Origin: Harriotta raleighana | Lineage: Eukaryota | Direction of reading: 5' to 3' | Assembly (NCBI GenBank): GCA_050575255.1 | Contig: JBNZDD010013732.1 | Coordinates: 9,804,225 to 9,868,224, forward strand | Length of the DNA: 64,000 bases | Shown here: piece after piece, positions 12,634 to 25,077 of the stretch | Layout: each line of letters starts with the position of its first letter | How positions within the stretch are numbered: the stretch's first letter is position 1 | Notes under the pieces: generated by a model | What the model saw: only the letters and a program-made list of their open reading frames with translations | What the model was told of the DNA's origin: nothing | Databases searched by the model: none | Position numbers and translations under genes: made by a program

Positions 12634-12796
12634 CTGGCTGGTCCCCGCGTGCATGCGCACGGATGAGGATGCCGATAGCTCCCGACTAAATCCGATGATT
12701 CCTCGTCTGGCTGGTCCCGTGCACATGCGCCCTTTTGACAAGGACGGCAGATCCCAACTAAAGTCGATGATTCCTCGGCTGGCTGGCCCCGCGCGC
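12634..12796. repeat. ~72-73 bp tandem repeat, about 2.3 copies
   Basis: ctggctgg starts at 12634, 12707 and 12779; tcccractaaa..cgatgattcctcg is repeated. Confidence 0.8.
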
Positions 12797-13306
12797 AATG
12801 CATTCTTGGATAAATACAATAACTCTTTGGCCTCGGAGCATCCTATGGCATTGCATGGCAAACAGAAGAGACAGAGGGAGAGAGAGAGAGAGAGTCTCCA
12901 AATAGTAATTTAGCCTAGCTGTTGTTTTATTGCTTTATTGCTTTTTTAAAAAATTGCTTTACTGCTTTGTTATCGCTTTATAACAAAGCTGGCTATAACC
13001 TTTCTGTGTCTCTCATCCCGACCGCCTGCGGCTCTCTGCCCCACTGCCCGCCCTCGAGTGGTCTCTGCTTCCCACCTCCCCGAGTCCCCTCCGCCCCCGA
13101 GTGTCTCTCTGCTCCCCCACCCGCCTGCTGCTCTCCCCAATTTCTCTCTCCCTCCCTCCCTCCCTCCCTCCCTCCCAGGCTCTCCCTGATTTGCCCACTT
13201 CCCGGGAGAGGAGGAAGAGAGGAGGAAGAGCGGGAGGAGCAACAAGAGCGGGCGAGAAGCAGGTAGAGTGAGGTGCGGGCCAGCTGTAGAACGTCTCAGT
13301 ACGTAC

Positions 13307-13459
13307 CTTGCATTCGGATGTGCCTGGAGGCTTGAGTTGGGTAGCCTGCGACTGGATTCCCTTAACTCCCCTTTTCCCATTACTTGTAAAGTTTAACCAA
13401 CGCGATTTTATTGAAAGCAGTTTTCCAGGATCGTAACCCCCGCGATCACTGAGGGTTAA
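13307..13459 (-). CDS. Candidate exon of an unidentified minus-strand gene
   Basis: Strong donor AAG|GTACGT. Either a 153-nt phase-0 open exon after catacag| or a first exon with ATG at 13380 in good Kozak context. No homology recognised. Confidence 0.25.
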
Positions 13460-14589
13460 CTGTATGCAGGATAATAGGCTGCTATAGTGAATAAACTCAA
13501 AATCACCTTTCTGCCGATGGCTACAGGAATTCCATCGCCTGTTTCCCATTCAGTACAGTTAGGCCGTTCATATCAAGGTAATAAATCATCCCTGTTTGTC
13601 AAAAGCCATGTTACTGCTAAATTGTTACTAACTAAATCAGTCAAACCTCTAAAAATGACCTTTTGGTCTTTTTTTTAAAGTAATAAAATACTATGATTGT
13701 ATTTATTCAGCAAAGTTAGTTGACAGTTAGCAATAATTCCACTCATTGTATTGCAGGANGGAAAGTTGCAGGAAAGTTAAAGGAGTTCTCTCACCTATGA
13801 ACATAGCAGAATATGNCTCATTGTATTGCAGGAAAGTTAAAGGAGTTCTCTCACCTATGAACATAGCAGAATATGTATATTATATATTTTATATATTACA
13901 TATAATATCTAGACCAATCAGAATCTTACCAAAGTCTAAATTGCAACCTGCTCTTTTTGATTGGTAATTTCAATCCTCGAAAACCCCTATAGCTATCACT
14001 ATAATAAATGCTAAATGCCCAATATATTTAATGTCTCCTGCTTTACAGGTGAATGCAACTGTGCATTTACATACCTTTGCAGGTGAATCAGGCATGAGAT
14101 ACACAATTCAATATATGACCAGCCATTAGATTTTCTTTCAGTTGATCTCTGTCAACCATTGCAAATATTGTAGGTCGAGAGGAATGTGAAAAGCAAGAGA
14201 AAGATAATTAAATGCTTAGAAAGTTTGCATATGAGTTTTCCAGTATTCCTTAATCGATACTATAATAGTAATCTTCCTATGTTCACAATGTGGTACAGAT
14301 AATTTATATGCAAACAGCAGCAGTCCAAAGCCTTCCATCAGTTTAATGATTACAATATTGCTAATTTGAGTGAAATTAGTGACTTTACAATTAAATTATC
14401 CTATGGGATATTGTACGCTTATTGACCATGACAGTAATGTCTCTCTTTCCAGGATGAAGTATCAAATGCATATTACATCTAAAGAACTGTAGGAAGTTGA
14501 AAAAAAAACCCTGTCATTCATTTAGAAAATTGTGAATCAGTAGCAGAAAGGAACCATGTAGACTTCAAATGTGCATTCCAATATCCTTC

Positions 14590-15620
14590 AGTTCTGCAAC
14601 AACAACATGAACTCATACAGTGACCTACATGACAGGTCGCTTGTCAGAGTGCTTAACAGTGACGGAGCCTGATTCCAGGCTGGGGTAGGGGAGGTGTGGG
14701 AACTTGGCCATAAGCATGGTTGAAGGGGAAGATTTCCAGGTGGGACTCGAAAAGGGTGAAAGAAGGTCAAGGTGGAGGAATTAAGGGAGAGTGTTCCACA
14801 GTTTGGAGGTGTAGTGGCTGTAAGCGCAACCTCTGATGGAGTGGTGGAGGGTATGAAGGATGAACAGTAGGCTGGTATCATTTGAGCAGAGATGCTGGGT
14901 GCTGGATTGGGGAGTGAGGACATCAGGGAGGTAGGGAGGTGCCAAAGGGTGAGTGGATTGGAACACCAGTGTGAAAATCCTGACATCACTCTGTGGGTGA
15001 TAGGAAGCCAGTGGAACCTGAACCAGAACTGGTGAGATTTCGGGACGGAGTTTGGTCCAGGTCAGTATGGGCACAGAGTTCTGAATCAACGAGATCTTTT
15101 GAATGGTGGAGTTGGGGAGATCGGCAAAGAGTGTTGGAGTAATCCAAACGAGAGGTGACAAGGGTTTCAGCTGCATCTGGGTTAAGGTACAGATGGAGGC
15201 AGGCAATGTGGCGGAGATGGAAGAAGGTGGTCCTGCTCCTGAAATAGGGGAGAAAGGACAGTTGGAGGTCGAACCAGACTCCTAGATTTCACACTGGTTT
15301 GTTTAGTCTGAGGGAGAACCCAGGGAGATTGAGGCATCTAGAACCACAGGAGTGAAGTCATTTGCAGAAGCCAAGAAGTATGGCTTTCATCTTGTCCATG
15401 TTCAGATGCAAGAAGCTTATACTCGTTCAAGCCTTGATATCTGCTGATACAATATTGCTGAACCTCAGGTTGTTACTAGAGGAGGCAAAGTGGATCAGCA
15501 CACATATGGAAGCATACACTCACCTGAGCCTTGAAATCTGCCATCACTCGTCCAAGCCTTGATATCTGCCCATGTCTGCAGATAACATCACCCATAGGGA
15601 GCATATAGATAGTTCTGCTC
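14590..15620 (-). mobile_element. Old L2 LINE fragment
   Basis: Degenerate L2 ORF2 peptides (IQKISLIQNS, SKLWNTLP, GDVICRHG) and a caacaac tail. Confidence 0.8.
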
Positions 15621-15998
15621 ACAGAATGCAAAATACACAATCGGCTTATGGAAAGGTACAAATGACGTACTGCTAGAATTGTTATGGCTTGGCACTGGTC
15701 GTTCTTTAACAGAGAAGCAAACAGACAAGAATCTCCTTCTTCCCTTTTGACACCAATGTTCTGACTTTACAGATGTGGCACAACACTGCACCAATTAATC
15801 CTTTTTTTTTAAAAAGAAAAAGGCTCATATGGACACCATAAAATGTTTGATAGGCAAGACTTGTTTAATAATTTGGCTCGAGGGCCACTTATTATATTTC
15901 TTGGTGGAAGTTGAAAACAAATCCGGTAGCATTTATCCGAGAAAGATAACTGTATCAAACCAACGTTCTATTTAGACTTTGAAAATGTAAACAAGCGA

Positions 15999-16378
15999 TG
16001 AAAATCATTAAGGAGAAAATGTAAAGTTTGTAAAAATCTGATGCTGTCTCCAATTGCAATTTTTGTTAAGAAGAAAAAGGATGTTTTCATGGGAGACCAT
16101 CTTAGAGAGTACAGAATATGTAGAGATTGAAGCACAAGAAGGCAAAGATAAGGCAGACGTCCAAACTAAATCTCGCCCTCCAGCACAACTACTGGAACTG
16201 TGAATGACAGACAAGGAAACTCACGGAGATCTATTTTATCACCTGAGGCCAAAAGATTAGATTGGGTTACTGTGTCAAGTTATTGCCATGAAGAAAATGT
16301 TGCAATTTTTTTTTAAATTGCAATTGGAGACAGTTTCAGATATTTACAAACTTTACATTTTCTCCTTCATGATTTTCA
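15999..16378. repeat. 64-bp inverted repeat pair (15999-16062 / 16315-16378)
   Basis: Arms match at 60 of 64 positions by manual alignment; no TSD seen. Confidence 0.9.
16081..16199 (+). CDS. Candidate coding exon MFSWETILESTEYVEIEAQEGKDKADVQTKSRPPAQLLE
   Basis: Open frame; possible acceptor ttttgttaag| at 16070; donor CT|GTGAAT is phase 2 and compatible with the 18627 exon. Splice sites are weak. Confidence 0.3.
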
Positions 16379-16539
16379 CCTCTTTTTTTATTGAAATCTG
16401 GTGTGGATCTGAACAAAAAGTAAGCATTTTGTGATGGGAAGAGGGGTAGTGGTAAACTTACTTTCACATTTTTATGTTAATTAAAACACTGGGAAAGATT
16501 TTGTACACCATCAACATTGAAGGTTCATGAATCCTCAAC

Positions 16540-16910
16540 AATTCCAAATCAGTCAAATATAGTCTATGCTGATAATCCAATGCAGTGGATTATCCCCAGT
16601 GCTGGGGATATGATGGACTGTTCAAGGTACTGTCCTTCTGTTGAGGTTTGACTGCTTGTCCGGGTAGATGTTTAAGTCCCATAATGCTACTCGAAAATAG
16701 GAAGGAGTTTCTCCCGTGTCTCGATCAAAGATTCCCTAAATAAAATTAGACACTCACTCCCAGTCTATTTGTGAGATGTTGCTGTGCTCAAATTGGCTGC
16801 TTGGTTTGTGAACAAAATCCATAGTCACTTCACTTTCCAGTATATCCTGTGAAGCAATTTGAAGCATCTTGACAATGTGATTAGACACTACATCAGATCA
16901 AATGGAAGGT
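16540..16910 (+). mobile_element. Old Deu-domain SINE (SacSINE1-like)
   Basis: ggagtttctcccgtgtc and tttgtgagatgttgctgtgctcaaattggctgc core plus tail. Confidence 0.65.
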
Positions 16911-17180
16911 TTAAGGAACCTACAAACATATTGGTTAAAAATGAAAAGTTCTGAACCAAAACACAACCAATCCCGCAGTTCAACAATCCTGCAGGAAACA
17001 TTATTGTAGTTAAGGCCGGCCTTTTGTGGTAAACGCTCCATTGCCTTGCAGAATTGTTGAATTGGAAGGGTTGGGGAGAAATGGAGGAGTCATTTCTCAG
17101 AGTCCTCTGAAACCATTTACCCTTTCTCTCCTGCTACCTCTATTTCACTCTACCATGCCCACCCAACCCAATTCTTCTGT

Positions 17181-17490
17181 GATGTTCCGTAGCTTAATGG
17201 TTAGAATATTCACCTCACAAACGAGAGAACCTGGGTTGAATTCCTGGGCAAGTTGCCTTATTCCATAGCAGTAAGTAGGCACCCGGTTGTTAATCCATTG
17301 GTGGATCGTTTTTCCGTGAGTAATAATCACTTGAAAAAATAACAAGAATAATTTGGTCACTCAATCCACAATTGTTTGTGGGGCATTGATTTTGCACAGG
17401 CAATTCACTTTACATTGTATTCTGTGAAGCACTTTGAGATGTCTTCAAGAAATTATATGGTGCTATATCAACGCAAGGGTTATTAATAAG
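17181..17490 (+). mobile_element. SINE, long form with internal deletion
   Basis: Head, gcagtaagtaggcacccggttg segment and tail. Confidence 0.85.
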
Positions 17491-17496
17491 AATAAT

Positions 17497-17785
17497 AATA
17501 CTAATAATACTCCTTGGGTTTCATATAGCGATTTTCACATCTTCTAGACGTCTCAAAGCGCTTCACTGAATATACTGTATAATAAATTGACTGTATATCT
17601 GTGGGCGAAACACGGCAGCCAATTGCACACAGCAGTATCCCACAAATAGTCATGGACTGAAGTGACCAATTATTTTTATTTTAGGGATTATTATCAGGCA
17701 TGTGGAGTAACGAAACTTGCCCAAGGTTTCACCCATGTCTCTCGCTTGCAAGGCAAGTGCTCTAACCACTGAGCTACAGGACTCC
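17497..17785 (-). mobile_element. Young SINE, short form (B box deleted)
   Basis: Ends ccactgagctacaggactcc; tail-to-tail with the previous copy. Confidence 0.9.
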
Positions 17786-18626
17786 AAGGTATTATTATCT
17801 AACTATTATTATCTGAACTGCAGGATTGCAGTTTAGATGTTGCATGTTGAACTGCAGGATTCTCTCACAAAATATATAATCAATTTCCTGATGATTTATT
17901 CTTTTTGAGACATCTCAACGACATGATATGGCACTCTATCAAATGCGAGGATTATTATCATCTTTGGAGCAAGATTTTAACAAAGAAAGAAAAAATCTAT
18001 TCTCAGATTTTAAAAGATAATCTGAAAATGTAAATCCCCAGAAGCGAAGCGTTAATGTTAGCAAAACTATAGCAAGTGCTTTAAATGGAAAACCTAATTA
18101 GTTGTGAGTTAGAGTGGAAATAATGGACTTCAAAGATTTTGTTTCTCCCTGGAGCATTTTTTGTCAGGGAACAAATTGTGTGAGTACCTTGCATCTTATG
18201 TTTTATTCAATCCCGCTGTAGACTGATGAAACCCGGTTAAGTCAACCATTACGCTGATGTATTTTGCCTATAATGGAAAATTCCTCAATGCGTGCATCTC
18301 TGTAATGGTTGTCGTTAAATGTGAATGACAGCTTTCCTTTGAAAAACTTATGTCAAATGGTTTGTCATTATTTAACATCCTAGCAATTATCTAGTGTATT
18401 TTCTGTTGCAACCATGCAGAATGGAAAGGTACAACCAGGTGGTCTTTATATGCAGAAGAAAGACAAGAAAATGATGTGTGTGATAACCTGAAGATTTTAT
18501 GGTTATGGTTGGAGCAAGGATGGGTCACCAATGCAGTGAGCAAGTCCAGTATAAATTGTCAAGAGTAGTTTCTGAAACTGACTTGAAAAGATAGCATGCC
18601 TAAATCATTGTCCCCCTATTCTACAG

Positions 18627-18924
18627 ATTAGATAACTGGGCAGCAGCATTGGCAAGAGGAGGAGGAGGAGGAGGAGCAGTAGGAGGAAGGGAGAGGAAAG
18701 AGGAGGACAGTGGCAATCCAGAAACTTTTGTTGACCCAAAGGCTAATGAACCAGAGGCTGAATCAAACACTGAGTACTTTGCTCAAAAGTTGATGGAACT
18801 CAAGAAATCTAAAATGATGAAGGAGCCTCAACAAACCAGTGTGAACAATATACCTCAAGACGAAGAAGGTTCGTCTGATGAAAAGAAAAGTCCAAAAAGA
18901 AGAAAAAGCACAAACAAAATGTGA
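18627..18924 (+). CDS. Probable terminal coding exon of an unidentified charged, low-complexity protein (LDNWAAALARGGGG...KKSPKRRKSTNKM*)
   Basis: Acceptor ccctattctacag|, 98 open codons of non-repeat sequence, purine-rich coding-like composition, basic NLS-like C-terminus. Confidence 0.5.
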
Positions 18925-18959
18925 AGAAACGTATACCTGTAATCAATTGCCAATGAAAC

Positions 18960-19290
18960 AATAATAATAATAATCCTTGCTTTTCACATGTTATCGACAT
19001 CTCAAAGCACTTCACAGAATATATTGTAAAGTGAATCGACCATGTTTTCTGTGGGCAAAACACAGCAGTGTTCTACAAACAGTCATGGATTGAGTGGCCA
19101 ATTTTTTGTGGAAGAAATTATCACCCCCGGAAAAATGATCCATCAATCGACTAACAACTGGGTTCCTTCTTACTCTTAGGTAAAAAGAGGCTTGTGGAGT
19201 AAGGAAACCTGTCCATTATTTTGTCCTGCTGAGTATTCAACCCAGGTATCTCGCTTGCAAGTCGAGTGCTCCAACCACTGAGCTAAAGGA
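18960..19290 (-). mobile_element. SINE, long form
   Basis: Family match including the long internal segment. Confidence 0.85.
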
Positions 19291-21044
19291 TGTCATGCAA
19301 ATGTACATACACAAATGGAACCTGGATTGTAAAATCATCTAATGTTTTTTTCTGACATAATCCACTAAACTGAACTAAAATATCTGATGGGAAACAAATG
19401 GAACTGTTAGTGACCAATCAAAATCATCAATGAGGCTTTAAAAGTAAGAATAGAGAATGCTACAAATATGTGACAAATTAGCCACACATAAAAAGCAACA
19501 ACAAGCGATGTACTCTAAATCAATACAGTGTAATGTTGTTTCCACCTACACCAATTAACTCCATCCACATTTATTTTATGGCACAGGCCTTCTATTTGAA
19601 AGATGGATGTGGCATGGCGAGACACTGGCAAAAACTGTAATGTACTCATGCAAGGTTGCAAGCTCAGATCAGACCTCATGTGAGACTAACAACAACAACT
19701 TACATTAGTATAATACCTTAACAAGTATGAGAGGTAGATGGCAGGAAATGTTTGCTTTAATCTGGAACACTCTGTTAAGAATAGACTATTAATATGAAAT
19801 TACCAGCAGGTGCAATAAAACACAATATTGTGTCAGTTGATGAAAATCTTGGCATTGATTCAGTATCTTATCACATAGTTTATGTGATTTATAACTTGCC
19901 ATGATGGATTTTTATGTTCCACTCATGTCTGGAACTGAAGGTATCAATTAACCTTGTTGTTATTGATTTTAAGGAACAAAAAAGCTTTTAGGTACATTGA
20001 TTTTACGATTAAAAAGTGTATTTGTATATGTCACAACTTGAATGTTGATACACTGTCCACGCATTCAATGCATTTGAGAACAGCACGAGAGATTAAAATG
20101 AAATAAAATATCACTTTGATTCTGGGGGAAAGGGGAATTTTAACCAAAATATTTAACTATTTGGACACCAGTGCTCTGAAAATCTTGCGTCTTCGAACCG
20201 TTTTAAAATTTATACAGTACTTAGAAACTCTTTTTTCTTATCAAGAACTAAGGTAAGAATGTGACTGAACCCAAATATTTCAATTGTACATTGAAGTGCT
20301 TATTCAGTAAAAAGGCAATTAGTTAAACACAGATTCACTGAGGGTTAAGAATGATATTGCTGCCAGTTCCGGAGTAAAACTATAACAAAATAATTAGGTC
20401 AGGCATGGAAATGCACTGAACTGACACTGAGAAAGATTTTGAACCACATATCCACCTTTGGAATTGCCTTGCACTAATCCTTCATACAAGAATACTATTC
20501 AACATTTTAAAATCATTAAGTATGAAGGCATCTAAAAAAGATTAAAGTTATCTTTGTCTCAATATTTTCATCTGCAAATATCTGATTTTGTGTGTGTTCA
20601 TTCTTTTGCACTATTGTGATCATGATGCATTGGTACAGAGCAAGTGGTAAACATATGGGAAGTGATGAATAAACCAGAAATTTATTTAGAATTTTCTATT
20701 TGCATATAATAAATAATAATGGTTTTATTGTACTATTATAGTACAAATTCACAAGCCATTATTACAGGATGGCTTGTGAATTTTCCATTAGATTAGTAAG
20801 ATTATAACACAGGTTGAATTTAATCATTCTAAGAGATGTAATTTGTTACTATATTCACTGAAATACTTTGTCCATGAATTATTACGAGTGAAGCATCAAG
20901 TTTGGACAGTTGTTTATGTATGTGGTTCTACTGCTGATTGCTCGAAAGATGCAAAGTCAGGATGTTTTTATACCAAGAATAGAATAAAAGTAATCATTCT
21001 TGCATTTGATACAGCGCTTCTTATGTCTCCTAGATGTCATTATA

Positions 21045-22163
21045 CAACAACAACAACAATAAGATTGCATTTATAGAGTGCGTTTCACGTCGGGAGGATG
21101 TCCCAAGACGCTGGACAGTTGGTTTAGGACCCGAGCAGGGGGAAATGATCAGGGCAAGGGAAGGGAACGAGGAGGGGTTAGAGAGTCGAGAGGGGAGCTG
21201 AAGGCGAAGAGAAAGAGCTTGGGACCGGCCTTGAAGGAGGAAAAGGAGGAAGCAAGGCGAAGGGGGATGGAGTTCCAGAGCCTAGGGGCTGAGCGGCTGA
21301 AAGCCCGGCCGCCGACGGTAGGGCGGTTAGGGCAGGGGATGTGGAGCAGACCGGAGCCAGAGGAACGGAGGGTACGGGCAGGTAGATAGGTGGATAGTAG
21401 GTCGGAGAGGTAGGAGGGAGCAAGGCCGTGAATGGCCTTGTAGGTAAGGATGAGGATCTTGAATTCGATCCTCTGGGGGATGGGGAACCAGTGGAGACAG
21501 GCGAGGGTGGGAGTGATGTGGTCACGAAGCCTGTTGAGGGAGAGTACACGAGCTGCAGAGTTCTGGATGACCTGCAGCTTGTGGATGGAGGAGCGGGGAA
21601 GGCCGATGAGGAGAGAGTTCCCATAGTCCAGCCTTGAGGTGATGAAGGCGTGGACTAGTGTTTCAGCAGCATGAGGGGTGAGGCAGTGTCGTAGCCTGGC
21701 GATGTTCCGGAGGTGGTGGAAGGCAGTGCTAGTTGTGGCGCGGATGTGGGGGAGAAAGGACAGCTCAGGGTCAAATAGAACACCAAGGTTCCTGACTGGC
21801 TTTGCGAGGTGGAGAGTGCAGCCTTGGATGCTGATGCTGTCAGCACCCGAATTGCGGAGGCGCTGACGCGAGCCAATCAGGAGGGCCTCGGTTTTCCGGA
21901 CATTGAGCTGAAGAAAGTTGTCTCTCGTCCAGGACTCGATGTCAGACAGGCAGGCTGTCAGGACATCAGTAGTCGTGGAGTTGAGGGTAGAGGAGGAAAG
22001 GTAGAGTTGGGTGTCATCCGCATACATGTGGAAGTTAACCCCATGTCTGCGGATGATGTCACCAAGGAGCAGCATATAGAGGGTGAAGAGGAGAGGACTG
22101 AGGACAGAGCCCTGAGGGATGAATCACGAGTCAGTGCGGGGGCTGGAGGAAAAGCCATTGGAG
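21045..22163 (-). mobile_element. Young 5'-truncated L2 LINE with an uninterrupted 308-aa ORF2 C-terminus (21149-22075)
   Basis: RT catalytic motif [43 protein letters not shown]; CpGs intact; (CAA)n tail. Confidence 0.95.
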
Positions 22164-22964
22164 GAATATATATATATACCAGGAATATTGCAGGTGATGA
22201 GATGTATCAGAAAGATTGCATAGTTTCTCATAACATAAATGGCTCCATGTCATCCTCTATTCAAAACAGAGAAACACAGTAACCTACAAAGCCGGTGGAC
22301 TCCTATAAAATGGAATATTGAGAAAAAGAAACAAAGATTTGGAATGATATATTTCAATTTTAGGAATACCTGTGGAATTGCCCATCAATCATCCTTCTGA
22401 TCAAGAATATAATTCAACATTTTTAAAATCATTAAGTATAAAGGCATCAAAAAACGATCACAGATACTTTTTCCTCAATATGTTTGTCTGCAAGTAACTG
22501 ATTGCATAATGGTACAGAATGTAATATTGTACAGAATTGTGCAAAAGGCATTTTGCGCAATTCTGTATGATATTAAATTCAAAGACAATACAGTCTTTTA
22601 GGCTGCAACTAAGTGGAATTTCAGGCAATAGCAGTCTGAGGTACACAGGACTGATATCTTATTCATTCAAAACTTTGTGGTTCATTTCTTCCCATCACTA
22701 TGTGACTGAGGAAAGAAGTAAATGGGATTTCACATCTAAAGATTTGCTTCTCTCTTTAAATGTATAATAAAAATCCTCTCACCGGGAGAAAAACTCTTCC
22801 AGTCAAGATCCAGAAATCTACTGTATTATACATTATATTTCTTCCACTGTTTCTAAACTGCAGTCGTAAGATCTGAAAATCCAGAGAAGTAAATATACTA
22901 AGAATATCTATCAAATCTAGCATAGAGAATCTAGTCCTTCATTTTCATTTCATTAATCAACAAC

Positions 22965-24470
22965 AATAAAAACAATTACCGGGTATAGTACTCTTCAGGG
23001 CATTGGACAATCAGGAGTTTTGAACCCGAACTGGGAGTTGGGGTCAGAATGAGAGGAGGGCAGTCGGGATGGGTTGGGAAGATAATTGAAGGCAGAAAAG
23101 TCTTCAGACAGATCTTGAAGGAGACAAGAGAGGGATAGAGTTCCAGCGTGTGGGGGCACTCCAGTGAGAAGGTAGTTGGTGTAGACAATCGAGGACGTGA
23201 TGAAAGCATGGATCAGGATTTTGGAGGCCTGTGGTGAGAGGCAGTGGCGGAGGCAGGCAATGCTGTGGAGGTGGAGAAAGGCGGAACAGGTCACAGCACA
23301 AATGTGGGGTTTGAAGGATAGCTGAGGGTCGAAAAGGGCACTGAGGTTTTGGATTGGCTCAGTGTATTGAAGGGTACAGCCATGAATAGTGATGGTGTAG
23401 TGGCTGAGATGAGGAGGTGCTGCTGGGAGCCAAGCGAGAGCCACTGTCTTGCCAAAATTGAGCTGCAGATAGTTGCTTCTCGTCCAGGACTTGATATCAG
23501 ATAGAAAATTAGCTGGGACATCAATGTCTTGAGTCGAAGGTGGAGGCGGCGAGATAGAGTTGGGTTTAATCCGCATACATATGGAAATCAATTCCATGCC
23601 TGTGGATGACATCACTGAGCATGTATAGATTGAAGAGGAGAGAAACAAGGACAGAACCCTGAGGGACTCCACAAGTGACAGTGTGAGGACTAGAGGAAAA
23701 GCCGTTGGTGGTTACAAAATGCACATGGTGTGAAAGATAGGATTGGAACTAGGCAAGAAAAGAACTATTGAGGTGGAGGTGGGGGGAGAAGCAGTGGCGA
23801 AGAATAGAGTAGTTGACAGTATCAAAAATGGGCAAGAGGTTGAGAAGGATGAGGAGACAGAGAGAGCCTTGGTCGTAGCTGGACAGAATGTCATTTGTCA
23901 TTTTGACCATGGCTATCTTTGTCCTTTGAGCAGTACAACATTCATTTAGAGGGGTTCATGGAGGGAATGTTTAGAGAGGAAAGGACGATTCATTCCATGA
24001 CCTTTGATAGAAAAGGAAGAAATGGGGTAGTAATTGGAGAGCAGAGATGGCTCAAGGGAAAATTTTTTGAGGGTAGGGATGATAACAGCTGTCTTTAGGT
24101 GAAATGGGTATGGTGCTAATGGACAGGGAGAGGTTAAGAAAGTCTGTTAGTAGGGGGGCAAGGTGGTGGAGCTGGGTGGTGAGGAGAGGGGTAGGATGGG
24201 GTTAAGGGAGCAGGTGGTGGGTTTCATATGGGAAATAATGGAGGTGAGCGAAAAGGGGGAAACAGGGTCAAGTGTTGAGGGAGGGGGCTGGCTGGAGTGG
24301 GAAGTGATGGTAGAAAGGCCTACTGGCAGCAGAGCGGATCCCCTTGACATTGAACTAAAGGAAATTCATCATCTCCTCCCATTTGGTTTGAGGAGAGGAT
24401 GGCAGAGGCATGGGAGGGTGGAGGGAAGAGTTGGTTTATGGGAGAAAAGAGGAATCTGGGGTTGTCTTTA
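22965..24470 (-). mobile_element. Older L2 LINE fragment, frameshifted
   Basis: SDIKSWTRSNYLQLNFGKT, HAFITSSIVYTN and upstream KPTTCSLNPI motifs. Confidence 0.9.
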
Positions 24471-25077
24471 GCTTCTCTGTTAGTTTGGGTGCCATTAATA
24501 AACAATACATTTTAAAGAGAGGGTGAAATGGCAAACAAATATACAATTCAATGATTCATATTAATCTACTCTTCTCTTCCTAATTTCTCTTAACATTTTT
24601 AATCTAAACAAATGCAATGTCATAGCAATTGATGCTATCAAAGATTGAGTTGATTTTCATTCATGGTAAAGCTCCTGTGTATTAGTTACTGCTCATCAAA
24701 GTTTACAGGACATTCACTTTGAGATCATGACCTACTACAGGTTATATTACATCATGAAACTGAATAACTAACATAATCTTCCACTATTAACCGCTTCTTT
24801 ATAAATTCTTTTTCCATGTGTGCAGCTTTGACTGCGTTAAAAAAACGGAACCACTTATTCATTAAGTATAACAAAATATGTTTGATCAACTTTCAAAGCT
24901 TAGATATGAAGGCTCTGCTTCAAATATTTTTATAAAATGCCCAGAATTGGCATTCCTGAAAAATACTGAACTGGATTATGGTACAAAGTAAACCAATTCA
25001 TTCCTAAAAAAACAAGAAACAAATGAGAAGCTCAAAGTAGCAAAAGTGGAGAGGGAAAATATCAGCAGGATTGATTA

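Larger units (their letters stand above)
12600..13460. promoter_or_regulatory. CpG island / probable promoter, possibly bidirectional
   Basis: The most extended non-repeat CpG-rich region; NRF1-like GCATGCGC at ~12651, GC box ccgccc at ~13091, splice donors on both strands (CAG|GTAGAG at 13262 +, AAG|GTACGT at 13307 -). Confidence 0.7.

Noticed and set aside
12529-13549. 110-178 aa ORFs across the CpG island as single-exon genes
   Set aside because: Stop-poor GC-rich and simple-repeat sequence; no recognisable product
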